From: a bacterium
GTDB taxonomy: Bacteria > JAMCPX01
NCBI GenBank assembly: GCA_037439545.1
Contig: JBBIVV010000001.1
Coordinates: 64,001 to 128,000 of the forward strand
DNA length: 64,000 nt
Direction of reading: 5' to 3'
This document shows positions 50,005 to 59,333 of this stretch, one piece after another. The position numbers and the translations under genes were made by a program. Within the stretch, counting starts at the first letter, position 1. The number at the start of each line of letters is the position of its first letter. The notes beneath the pieces are model-generated. The model was given only the letters and a program-made list of their open reading frames with translations, made no database searches and had not been told where the DNA came from.

Positions 50005-51273
50005 TTATTGTTTTTTATCCTGCATCTCCTGCATTTGTTTCAATAATTCTATCTTGTCAAGTTCGAGTTCATAGAAGCCGTGCCACAGCTCATAATCAGG
50101 TCCCTGCATGAATGCTCCGAACCTTGCCCTCCTGCCTTCATGATGCCAATATTGAAAGAACTTGAACTGGACAGGCGTTGAAAACGGTGTTTTGGGCCAC
50201 TTTCCCTCTGACACGAGTTTTTGTTTTACATCAAATACCGGTTTGTAATACCTGTTTTCATAAACCTCCAGGGTCGTGTCAGCTTGTCTGAAGTAATTTT
50301 GCGTCCATGTCGTAGAATGGCAATGATAGCATACCTCCTGCATGGTCTCCTGTTTTGCCTGCCAGTCAGGGTAATGATAGGTAAGAGGTGCCTGAAGCGC
50401 CCATGACAGGTTTGCACTGAAGTTATGGGTCGTTTTCATGTCAGGCAGGCCTGCATCCATATGGCATGTCACACAAACCGGAGCCGCACCTGTTTTTAAT
50501 ATGTTCCATTTTCCGACAGGTGCATCCCAGTTCCAGTCAGCTCCCCTTGTTGCATATATGTTCCCGTGTTTTGATTCCATGTATATCTCGTTCTGCGGAT
50601 GGTCGGGTCCGAGATGACAATTGCCGCATACCTCGGGCTTTCTTGCCTCTGCAACAGAAAACCTGTGTCTTGTATGACATGTCGTGCAACTTCCGAAGCT
50701 GTTGTCGGGGTTTATCCTGCCTATGCCCTGGTTGGGCCAGGTATCAGGTGCAGGCTGGCCGTCTTTGCCGATCTTTATGACTGTTCCGTGGCATGCCTGA
50801 CAGCCCCTTATCGTAATCTTGTCACCCATGGTGGCAAAAAGCGTATTTTCCCTGGTCACTTCAAGACCGGGCATGCCTGCGATGAATTGTCTTGCAACGG
50901 CATGTCTGCTTTCTTCGAATTCTTTCGTTTCTTGTTGATGACATGCGGAACAGTCTTTTGGCGACACGACTACATGGATGAGATATCCGTTATGCTCAAA
51001 TGCACCGGGAGCTGATTTATCTTTACTCTTATGGCATTCATAACAACCGACGTTATAGCGGGCATGTCCGCTCTGCTGCCAGTCGGAAACAATACCCGGA
51101 GTTATTTCTTTATGACATTGGATGCAAGCTCCGGTTTGTACACTCGATACTTTGAAAGTCCGCTCCTGCGCAGGCGGTGCCATACTTAATTTTACAGAAT
51201 CAATTTTCTGGTCCGCCTGAGCGATTGTTACGACAGAAAATGCACTTCCAAGTATTAGTATAAACTTTTTCAT
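50005..51273 (-). CDS. octaheme cytochrome c, hydroxylamine oxidoreductase family (epsilon-Hao-like)
   Basis: Signal peptide; eight CxxCH (CIQCH, CYECH, CSACH, CQACH, CTTCH, CGNCH, CVTCH, CYHCH); GPDHPQ.EIY.ESKHG; HHEGRR...MQGPDYELW. Confidence 0.88.
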   Translation of the reverse strand: MKKFILILGSAFSVVTIAQADQKIDSVKLSMAPPAQERTFKVSSVQTGACIQCHKEITPGIVSDWQQSGHARYNVGCYECHKSKDKSAPGAFEHNGYLIHVVVSPKDCSACHQQETKEFEESRHAVARQFIAGMPGLEVTRENTLFATMGDKITIRGCQACHGTVIKIGKDGQPAPDTWPNQGIGRINPDNSFGSCTTCHTRHRFSVAEARKPEVCGNCHLGPDHPQNEIYMESKHGNIYATRGADWNWDAPVGKWNILKTGAAPVCVTCHMDAGLPDMKTTHNFSANLSWALQAPLTYHYPDWQAKQETMQEVCYHCHSTTWTQNYFRQADTTLEVYENRYYKPVFDVKQKLVSEGKWPKTPFSTPVQFKFFQYWHHEGRRARFGAFMQGPDYELWHGFYELELDKIELLKQMQEMQDKKQ

Positions 51274-51312
51274 CGGTATCCCCTTTATAATAGTATTGTT
51301 TAATCATATTCT

Positions 51313-51328
51313 TCAAATTCCATGCCAA
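51313..51328 (-). promoter_or_regulatory. candidate sigma54 promoter for the octaheme gene
   Basis: Minus strand TTGGCATGGAATTTGA (-24 GG intact, -12 GA instead of GC). Confidence 0.35.
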
Positions 51329-51457
51329 AATTGTCAACATAAAATACTCAAAATGCATATTTCTATTTATTCATAGAGGACGTCAATTTTGTGTTTCATT
51401 TTCTTGTTCATCAATCACTTGCCAATCGATTCGTTTTACTTCATAGTGGAAGACACT

Positions 51458-53839
51458 ATGTTTCATAAACGGGTTAAGAGATTTATAAATTATGCAGTCT
51501 ATTACAGCATAGCATTGCCGGCGTTTTCACTCTTTATAGCTCAAACAGCAATGGGTGCCTCTGTATCAGGCACAATCACGGATGGTTATACGAATGCGCC
51601 TATGAAGAATACCGAAGTAGATATAAGATCAAGCATAAAATCAGGCAGTCCGTTCATAAAAAAAGCAGCCTCTGATAATAGCGGCAGATATGCGATAGGG
51701 GATATACCTGCAGGAACTTTTGTAATTGAAATAAAGTATACCGGCTATGAACCCGTGCAGAAGGATGTTGCATTGACTGCCAATGAACAGCTCACACTGG
51801 ATGTCCAGCTTGTTCCTGTTTCCGTCATTGAAGGAAAGGAGTTTGTCGTTACATCGAGCAGGATTATGCAGAAACATATAAACAAGGTCGAATTGAGCAA
51901 GCCGTCTACTGAGTTTGTCGTAGGCGGGCAGGAGGTAAAGCGGATTGCAGCAGGACTGGAAAACCCGGTCCAGGCAATCGTAACGCTGCCGGGTGTATCC
52001 GATGCCGGAGAGCTTTCATCTTACATGTACGTGCTTGGAGGCGATGCGGGTGAGAACACCTATTACCTTGACGGCATCCCCTTGTTTGATCCCACACATC
52101 TGGGAGGGGCGACGAGCGTGTACAACGATGATATGGTCGATGTAATGCAGTTCTATCCGGGCGGTTATCCGTCATGGTACGGAAATGCGCTCAGGGGCAT
52201 CCTCAATGTCAATTATAAAGATGGTGATAAGGAAAAATATACGGGTAAGATCAATGCGAGCCTGATAGATGCATCTCTCCTTGCACAAGGGCCGATAGTA
52301 AAAGATAAAGCATCGTTTATCATTACCGCAAGGAGAACCTACTATGATTGGCTCATAAAGGCTCTGAACCTTGCAAAAGACGTCGTGATACCGAGCTTCT
52401 ATGATGTTCAGGCAAAGCTGTCTTACGTACCGGATGATACACTGAAGATATTTGCCGATTATCTTGTCGCTGGTGACAGCGTATCGGGTTATTTGAAGCA
52501 GTCGGATCAATACAACCAGCCAGGATACGGCAATGTCTACTGGATGCACCTGCAGAATGTACTCGGTATAGGGCTCGAGTATACACCTGATAAATTTCTC
52601 AAGTATGAACAGGTTATTTACGGTGCAACGGACAAAAACGACGCATCTCTGGTGGGTTCAAGCTCAAACATAGCGCACACACTTATCCAGCAGGCAGGGT
52701 CAAGGGGAACGCTGAACTTGTATCCGTCGTCCTGGGATAATTTATTCTTAGGATACGAAGTGGAATATGCGCCTGTAAATGCGTCAGCTTCTCTTATGAG
52801 TGCACTCGTTGTCGGCTCTTCACAGAACCAGACTACCAACTACAGCACAAGGAATCAGGGACAGGCTAACCTGTCCGTGTCGGACCTGTTCAAAATCTAC
52901 AGCGGCTTTTTGGGCAACAGGGTTACCATTGCAAAAAAGTTTTTTATTACGCCATCTCTCCGCTACGATTACTTTGAGCTCAACCGGCAGGCAACCTACA
53001 GCCCGAGATTGGAGCTCGGGTATCAGATCGACAAACAGGAAACGATTAAATTCGTTACAGGACAGTACCATCAGCTCCCGCTTGCCCAGATAGCACTTAC
53101 TGACAACGCATCGCTGCTCTCCGAAAAATCGACGCATTTCATCCTCACCTACGAAATCAACACCGATAATTATTACGGCAGGGCAGATGCCTTTTACATA
53201 TTGGACAATGATTTGATCTATACGTGGATAAACCCAGCCAATATAACCTTTATAACCCCCTGCGAGCCTGTCGTTAAAATAAGTTCCGCCAATTCCGGCA
53301 GAAGGATGGTATACGGAGGAGACATCATGATCCAGCGTTATGTTACGGGCGAATGGGACGGCTGGATAAGCTATACCTACTTATTTATAAAGCAGCAGGA
53401 CCAGGCAGGCGGACCATGGTATTTCCCGCAGCAGGACCAGAGGCATACCATCAATGTCGTTGCCGATTACAGGCCGTTTGTTAACTGGGAGTTTTCATGG
53501 AGATTGAGCATGCATTCAGGGAACCCTTACACGCCGGTCACCGGGACCACCGTAATCCAGAACCCGCTGTCGCAATGTCCGGACCAGCCGAAAACCGTGA
53601 CCATGCCGCTTCAGGGTTATCCTGATTCTGCACGGTTCCCGTTCTATAACCGCCTGGATTTCAAGGCACAGAGAAGTTTTGTGTATTCTGCGTCAACGCT
53701 TAAGGTATACCTTGATGTTATAAATTTGCTGTACAGCCAGAATGTCGACGGATACTTCTATAACAGCACTTATACACAGCGGAAAACGATAAATTCACTC
53801 CCGATTATACCTTATGTTGGCGTAGAGTATGATTTCTAA
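51458..53839 (+). CDS. TonB-dependent receptor with N-terminal carboxypeptidase-regulatory-like domain
   Basis: SVSGTITD...Y.GYEP, plug LPGV...YYLDGIP...GGYPSWYG, C-terminal VEYDF; start moved to MFHKR. Confidence 0.88.
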   Translation: MFHKRVKRFINYAVYYSIALPAFSLFIAQTAMGASVSGTITDGYTNAPMKNTEVDIRSSIKSGSPFIKKAASDNSGRYAIGDIPAGTFVIEIKYTGYEPVQKDVALTANEQLTLDVQLVPVSVIEGKEFVVTSSRIMQKHINKVELSKPSTEFVVGGQEVKRIAAGLENPVQAIVTLPGVSDAGELSSYMYVLGGDAGENTYYLDGIPLFDPTHLGGATSVYNDDMVDVMQFYPGGYPSWYGNALRGILNVNYKDGDKEKYTGKINASLIDASLLAQGPIVKDKASFIITARRTYYDWLIKALNLAKDVVIPSFYDVQAKLSYVPDDTLKIFADYLVAGDSVSGYLKQSDQYNQPGYGNVYWMHLQNVLGIGLEYTPDKFLKYEQVIYGATDKNDASLVGSSSNIAHTLIQQAGSRGTLNLYPSSWDNLFLGYEVEYAPVNASASLMSALVVGSSQNQTTNYSTRNQGQANLSVSDLFKIYSGFLGNRVTIAKKFFITPSLRYDYFELNRQATYSPRLELGYQIDKQETIKFVTGQYHQLPLAQIALTDNASLLSEKSTHFILTYEINTDNYYGRADAFYILDNDLIYTWINPANITFITPCEPVVKISSANSGRRMVYGGDIMIQRYVTGEWDGWISYTYLFIKQQDQAGGPWYFPQQDQRHTINVVADYRPFVNWEFSWRLSMHSGNPYTPVTGTTVIQNPLSQCPDQPKTVTMPLQGYPDSARFPFYNRLDFKAQRSFVYSASTLKVYLDVINLLYSQNVDGYFYNSTYTQRKTINSLPIIPYVGVEYDF

Positions 53840-54482
53840 TGATCCGGCCAGACCTAAAAGCGGTGTAGACGGTCGGTTTAAATATTTCCTTTCAGGTTCT
53901 CTTTTTATACATGGCTTATTTCTGTTTTTCGTAGTTTTTTTCCGGATAATTTCACCGAATGTGCAAGTTTCTTCCATAACCATTAACCTCACTATGTCCG
54001 GAGGCGGCGGCGCACCGGTAAAACAGTCTGAAAATAAAAAAAACCCCGTCGTTATTCCAAAACAAGAGAACAAAATGGTCCTGCCGGACAAAAATGCCAG
54101 GCAAAAACAGGAGGCAGAACAAATTACAGGCCAAACGACAGCGAGTACTGCGACAGCACAATCCGGCACAGGTAACGGATTCGGAACAGGTCAGGGGGTC
54201 GTGTCATCGAATGAACTCGATAGTCAGCCGTCTCTAATTAAATTCAAGAACCCTGTTTATCCTGTTGAAGCAAGGAAGAGAGGTTTAGAGGGTGTTGTTC
54301 TGTTAAAGGCCCTCGTAGCGCCGGATGGCAGGATAAAGGATGTGAAGATCTTAAAATCAATCCCGATATTCGATGAGTATGCAGTGGATGCGGTGAAGCA
54401 ATGGAGGTTTACGCCGATTACTTCGCGCGGCAATCCAGTTTATGTCTGGATGATGATACCGATAAGGTTCCAGTTGAAATAG
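53829..54482 (+). CDS. tonB: energy transducer TonB
   Basis: N-terminal TM helix with S..IH; PVYPVEARKRGLEGVV, AVKQWRFTP. Confidence 0.88.
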   Translation: MISNDPARPKSGVDGRFKYFLSGSLFIHGLFLFFVVFFRIISPNVQVSSITINLTMSGGGGAPVKQSENKKNPVVIPKQENKMVLPDKNARQKQEAEQITGQTTASTATAQSGTGNGFGTGQGVVSSNELDSQPSLIKFKNPVYPVEARKRGLEGVVLLKALVAPDGRIKDVKILKSIPIFDEYAVDAVKQWRFTPITSRGNPVYVWMMIPIRFQLK

Positions 54483-54485
54483 TGC

Positions 54486-54514
54486 TTCGCTCATCACACA
54501 AACTTCCCCCTATT
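54486..54514 (-). repeat. dispersed AATAGGGRAGTTTG repeat family copy
   Basis: TTCGCTCATCACACAAACTTCCCCCTATT, near-identical to 49950-49976. Confidence 0.65.
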
Positions 54515-54620
54515 CTGAAAACGTATTCTCCGGTTGATTTCTCGTGAGCTTACTGCGAAGAAGTTGATTTATTGGCTGGCGGTGGTATCATGTTGCGATC
54601 CCCGACAAAGGAGAATAGAA

Positions 54621-56075
54621 ATGCCGATGAAAACACCGGAAGAATATATTAAGAGCATTGAAAAACTCAACCTTGTGGTATATATGTTCGGCAAGCGGGT
54701 TGAAAATGTAGTGGACAACCCTATCATCAGACCATCCCTGAATGCCGTTGCCATGACATATTCCATGGCACTCAAGCCGGAATATGCGGACATAATGACT
54801 GCAACTTCGCACTTAAGCGGGAAAAAAATAAACCGTTTTACCCATATTCATCAGCATGTGGACGATCTTGTCAAAAAAAGCAAGATGGGCAGGCTTATGG
54901 GCAGCCATACGGGCTGTTGTTTCCAGCGGTGCGTAGGAATGGATGCCCTCAATGCCCTGTCTATCGTGACCTACAATATCGATGCGAAGCACGGGACAGC
55001 ATACAATAAACGTTTCTTGAAGTATCTTGAATACGTTCAGGAGAACGATCTCGTCTGTGACGGTGCAATGACCGACCCGAAAGGCGACCGCTCCCTGCCG
55101 CCGCACAAACAAAAAGACCCTGACCTGTATCTCAGGATTGTCGAGGAGAAAAAAGACGGCATTGTCGTGCGTGGTGCCAAGGCGCATCAGACAGGTGCCG
55201 TAAATTCTCACGAGGTCATAGTCATGCCGACGATTACCATGAGGGAAGAGGACGCGGACTATGCGGTTTCCTTCGCTGTACCGAGTGATACCAAAGGGAT
55301 TATGTATATCATGGGACGGCAGGCAAGCGATACCCGGAAACTCGAACAGGGCAGGATGGATCAGGGGAATATTTCTTTCGGCGGACATGAAGCCCTGATG
55401 GTCTTCGATGATGTTTTTGTGCCATGGGAGCGTATATTCATGAACAGGGAATATGGATTTTCAGGCCAGCTCGTGGAGCAATTTGCCTCTTATCACCGTC
55501 AGAGTTATGCATGCAAGGTGGGTGTCGGAGACGTTCTGATCGGTGCGGTTCAGACTATCGCGGAATACAACGGCACGGATAAGTCTTCGCACATCAAAGA
55601 TAAAATTGTAGAGATGAACCATCTTAATGAAACCCTCTACTGCGGGTGTATCGCCTGTGCGGCAGAGGGACATAGGGAGGACAGCGGGACATACAGCGTG
55701 GATCCACTGCTTGCCAATGTCCATAAGCAGAACGTGACGAGGTTCCCTTATGAGATATCCAGACTCGCGCAGGATATCGCCGGCGGTCTCGTGGTAACAC
55801 TTCCATCCGAGGACGACCTGAAATCAGAAGTGACCGGCACATGGCTGAAGAAATATTTTAAAGGCAAGGACAATGTCCCTGCGGAAAACAGGATGCGCAT
55901 CCTCAGATTAATCGAAAATCTGACTCTGGGCACTGCGGCAGTCGGGTATCTTACCGAGTCTATGCACGGAGCAGGATCGCCGCAGGCGCAGAGGATAATG
56001 ATATCCCGCCTGGTCAACATAAAGGAAAAACAAGGCTTCTCCAAGAAGCTGTGCGGCATAAAAGATAATAGTTGA
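54621..56075 (+). CDS. abfD: 4-hydroxybutyryl-CoA dehydratase / vinylacetyl-CoA isomerase
   Basis: CFQRCVG, GAMTDPKGDRS, GAKAHQTG, YHRQSYACK, ESMHGAGSPQAQ; start MPMKT after AAGGAG. Confidence 0.9.
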   Translation: MPMKTPEEYIKSIEKLNLVVYMFGKRVENVVDNPIIRPSLNAVAMTYSMALKPEYADIMTATSHLSGKKINRFTHIHQHVDDLVKKSKMGRLMGSHTGCCFQRCVGMDALNALSIVTYNIDAKHGTAYNKRFLKYLEYVQENDLVCDGAMTDPKGDRSLPPHKQKDPDLYLRIVEEKKDGIVVRGAKAHQTGAVNSHEVIVMPTITMREEDADYAVSFAVPSDTKGIMYIMGRQASDTRKLEQGRMDQGNISFGGHEALMVFDDVFVPWERIFMNREYGFSGQLVEQFASYHRQSYACKVGVGDVLIGAVQTIAEYNGTDKSSHIKDKIVEMNHLNETLYCGCIACAAEGHREDSGTYSVDPLLANVHKQNVTRFPYEISRLAQDIAGGLVVTLPSEDDLKSEVTGTWLKKYFKGKDNVPAENRMRILRLIENLTLGTAAVGYLTESMHGAGSPQAQRIMISRLVNIKEKQGFSKKLCGIKDNS

Positions 56076-56138
56076 TAGGCAGATGCATGGAATATTGTCA
56101 CCGCGTATAAAAAGAGTTATACTGAAAACAAGGTCAAA

Positions 56139-57650
56139 ATGAGACACATAATAAAGAATATTACCGGGAAACTTAAAACAGCAGTTCAGCGGCTTGTGCA
56201 GAAGTTCAGCAACCTGCCGCTTAAATTCAAGCTTACCATTGCCATGCTTATGATCATGATACTTATGGTCGGACTGCTTTCAATGCTGCACTACCAGAGT
56301 GAAAACCTGCTCCTGAAAAATATCATGGACGACACGCTTGAACTTTCATCGGCCATCCAGATTGGCGTTCAGCAACTGACCATGGGCCCCGGAAAAACGG
56401 ACGAGGCACGGTTACAGTCGTACATAAACAGCCTGAAGGAAAAAGGAGTCAAGGAAATAGCGATTGTAAACAATGAGAATCAGATCATTGCGAGCTCGAA
56501 CCCTAAACATAAAGGCAAGGTTATCTCGATCATCCATCCCAAAAAAGAGTTCGTGATAACTGCAAACCTCGGTGAAAAGCATGCCGCACTCCCTCAGAAG
56601 TCCTACAACATTATTGTCCCGATCATTGTCGGTAATGTCCAGCTCGGTTATGCGCATATAGTGATGCATCTCGATGATATCCAGCAGATGCTGGAGGCAA
56701 CTTTTTTTGAAAGGATATTGGTTACCATCATTATCCTTAGTCTCGGAATAGTCGGAATAATGTTTCTTTCCAATAGATATACAAAGCCGATATACAATGT
56801 GATCGAAGCGGAAAAAATGGTTGCAGAAGGCAACCTGTCCGTACGGCTGATCGAAGACCGCAACGACGAAATAGGGACTCTCAATAAAGGTTTCAATAAC
56901 ATGGTCAGAAGCATTTCTGAGAAGAAAGAGCTCGAGGACAAACTGCACAAGGCAGAGGATCTGTCGAGGTTAGGTCAGCTTTCGGCAGGACTTGCGCATG
57001 AAATCAAAAACCCCCTGAACCTCATAAATCTCAGCATCGATCATCTCAAGTCGAGAGCCTCTGAAGCAGACACAAGATCAAAAGATGAATTCATGGACAC
57101 TATGGACACCATAAAAGGAGAACTCTATCGCCTGAATAGACTTACGGAACAATTTCTGAACCATGGGAAAGCGGTCATTGAAAATAAAGAGTTAGTCAGT
57201 ATAAACCCGCTTCTCGATCATCTGACGGACCTTATCAGGACCAAGGCTGATTCACAGAGTATCAAGCTGAGCATAATAATACCGGATGAGCAGGTCAATG
57301 TTTACGGTGAAAAGGAACAGCTTAAAACGGCATTTCTCAATATAATGCTGAATGCGATGGATGTAATGCCTTATGGCGGTGTGCTTGAGATCAGACTGTC
57401 CCTTGCAGGCAATGGATGCAACATATCGTTCCGTGATACCGGGCAGGGCATACCTGAAGAAATTATAGACAAGATCTTTGAGCCGTTTTTTACGACCAAG
57501 GAAACAGGTATAGGGCTTGGACTTGCCATAAGCAAGGATGTTATCACACAGCACAACGGAAGTATTACGATTAAGACCACAAAGGACAAAGGCACTGAAT
57601 TCACGGTCCATCTGCCTCTGGCAAAAGCAGGAACATACAATGCAGTATAA
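56139..57650 (+). CDS. HAMP-domain membrane sensor histidine kinase
   Basis: Two TM helices, HAMP (DEIGTL..FNNM), [17 protein letters not shown]. Confidence 0.92.
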   Translation: MRHIIKNITGKLKTAVQRLVQKFSNLPLKFKLTIAMLMIMILMVGLLSMLHYQSENLLLKNIMDDTLELSSAIQIGVQQLTMGPGKTDEARLQSYINSLKEKGVKEIAIVNNENQIIASSNPKHKGKVISIIHPKKEFVITANLGEKHAALPQKSYNIIVPIIVGNVQLGYAHIVMHLDDIQQMLEATFFERILVTIIILSLGIVGIMFLSNRYTKPIYNVIEAEKMVAEGNLSVRLIEDRNDEIGTLNKGFNNMVRSISEKKELEDKLHKAEDLSRLGQLSAGLAHEIKNPLNLINLSIDHLKSRASEADTRSKDEFMDTMDTIKGELYRLNRLTEQFLNHGKAVIENKELVSINPLLDHLTDLIRTKADSQSIKLSIIIPDEQVNVYGEKEQLKTAFLNIMLNAMDVMPYGGVLEIRLSLAGNGCNISFRDTGQGIPEEIIDKIFEPFFTTKETGIGLGLAISKDVITQHNGSITIKTTKDKGTEFTVHLPLAKAGTYNAV

Positions 57651-59013
57651 CATAGTCGTTGTCGACGATGAAATAAAACAGGCCGAGATAATAGTCAAAA
57701 TACTCGAAGACCACGGCTATAAAGTAAAGGGCACAAATAAACCGCACGAAGTTATCGACATAGCAAAACACAACCCCCTTGATCTTGTCATCACGGATCA
57801 GGCAATGCCGGGGATGGACGGAATAAAGCTGCTTGAAACACTTTCCTCGCTTCAGGATCCGCCGCTCGTAATTATCCTCACAGGGTATGGAACCATATCG
57901 AGGGCTGTCGAGGCCATGAAGAAAAAGGCTTTTGACTATATTACAAAACCCATTGATATGGAGCGGCTTTTACTCATCGTCAAAAATGCCCTCGAGCTGA
58001 AGAGGCTTGATAAGGAAAACAGAGAGCTGAGGGCGATTATAAAAGGTGAAGGACTTGATAATATTGTCGGCAGCAGCGGTATCATAGAGGACATAAAAAA
58101 AATAATAAGGAAGATAGCGCCGACCAATTCTACGGTTTTAATTACCGGGGAAAGCGGGACCGGCAAGGAACTTGTCGCACAGGGTATTCATAACTTAAGC
58201 CTCAGAAAAAATGCATCTTTTGAAGCGGTTAACTGTGCCGCAATACCCGACACGCTTATAGAAAGCGAATTGTTCGGTTATGAAAGGGGCGCATTTACAG
58301 GTGCAAATACGTCGAAGCAGGGTATTATCAGCGCATGCAATGGCGGGACACTCTTCCTTGATGAGATAAGCGAGCTCAGCCTCGCTGTTCAGGCCAAATT
58401 ATTACGGTTGATACAGAACAAGGAGATTAAGCCGCTCGGCAGTCCTGAGGTCGTTTCCGTCGACATAAGGATCATCGCCGCAACCAATAAATCCATCGAG
58501 CATGAGATAAAAAAAGGGAGTTTCAGGGAGGATCTGTACTACAGACTCAATGTGATACCAATACAGCTTCCGCCTTTGAGGGACAGGAAAACCGATATAC
58601 CGATGCTTATGGAGCATTTTCTGAAGAAGTACAATTCTATAGATTCAAAACACATTGAGAAGATCAACGATGATGCGGTTGCCCTGCTCCTGAAGTATAA
58701 TTGGCCGGGTAATGTCAGACAGCTCGAATCAGTCGTCGAAAGGGCTGTTCTGCTGACGGAGGGCAGCATTATATCAAAAGACGACCTGCCGTTAGAGATA
58801 AAAACAACACCCATAGATATAGATAAATATGAATTTGACCTGCCTGAAAATGGTATAAACTTCTATGAACTTGAGAAAGAAATACTTGTAAAGGCTATGA
58901 AAAAATCAGACGGCGTTATTGCTAAGGCTGCAAACCTGCTCGGTATGAGCTACAGGACGCTCCAGTACAGACTCGAGAAATTCGGGATCAACAGAAAATC
59001 GGAAGAAGTGTAG
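57640..59013 (+). CDS. sigma54-dependent response regulator (NtrC family)
   Basis: Receiver, GESGTGKE, GAFTGA, LFLDEI, WPGNVRQL, C-terminal HTH; start moved to MQYNIV. Confidence 0.94.
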   Translation: MQYNIVVVDDEIKQAEIIVKILEDHGYKVKGTNKPHEVIDIAKHNPLDLVITDQAMPGMDGIKLLETLSSLQDPPLVIILTGYGTISRAVEAMKKKAFDYITKPIDMERLLLIVKNALELKRLDKENRELRAIIKGEGLDNIVGSSGIIEDIKKIIRKIAPTNSTVLITGESGTGKELVAQGIHNLSLRKNASFEAVNCAAIPDTLIESELFGYERGAFTGANTSKQGIISACNGGTLFLDEISELSLAVQAKLLRLIQNKEIKPLGSPEVVSVDIRIIAATNKSIEHEIKKGSFREDLYYRLNVIPIQLPPLRDRKTDIPMLMEHFLKKYNSIDSKHIEKINDDAVALLLKYNWPGNVRQLESVVERAVLLTEGSIISKDDLPLEIKTTPIDIDKYEFDLPENGINFYELEKEILVKAMKKSDGVIAKAANLLGMSYRTLQYRLEKFGINRKSEEV

Positions 59014-59059
59014 GGAAGGTTTTACCCAATTTTATACTGCTCTATTAACTTGAAAATGT

Positions 59060-59077
59060 AATAGGGAAGTTTGCTCA
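59060..59077 (+). repeat. dispersed AATAGGGRAGTTTG repeat family copy
   Basis: AATAGGGAAGTTTGCTCA matches 49867-49884 at 17/18. Confidence 0.55.
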
Positions 59078-59258
59078 ATTGATAAGTTCTGCCCCCGGCA
59101 CTGCACTAAAAAACTAAAAAAAGCGGGTCATGCTACCTCTATATGTATTCATGTTTCACCAGGATACCATATATTGTATATATCTGTCATAGTCGTTCTT
59201 TCTGCCATGCCAGGTGAAGGACGATGAATTTGAGAGCAACTTAAAATTTTGCTTTTCC

Positions 59259-59290
59259 TTGACAATCAAAAAATGGAGTTTGTATACAAT
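59259..59290 (+). promoter_or_regulatory. putative promoter and palindromic operator upstream of the TCA operon
   Basis: TTGACA at 59259; palindrome TTGTATACAA at 59280-59289 over the -10 region. Confidence 0.45.
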
Positions 59291-59333
59291 ATTCAAGTTT
59301 ATAATTGTAGTATAAAATAAAAATGGAGGTAAC

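Noticed and set aside
50005..51273. Evidence for ammonia oxidation or anammox
   Set aside because: The cross-linking Tyr position holds Trp, and no cycA/cycB, amo or hzs genes are present.
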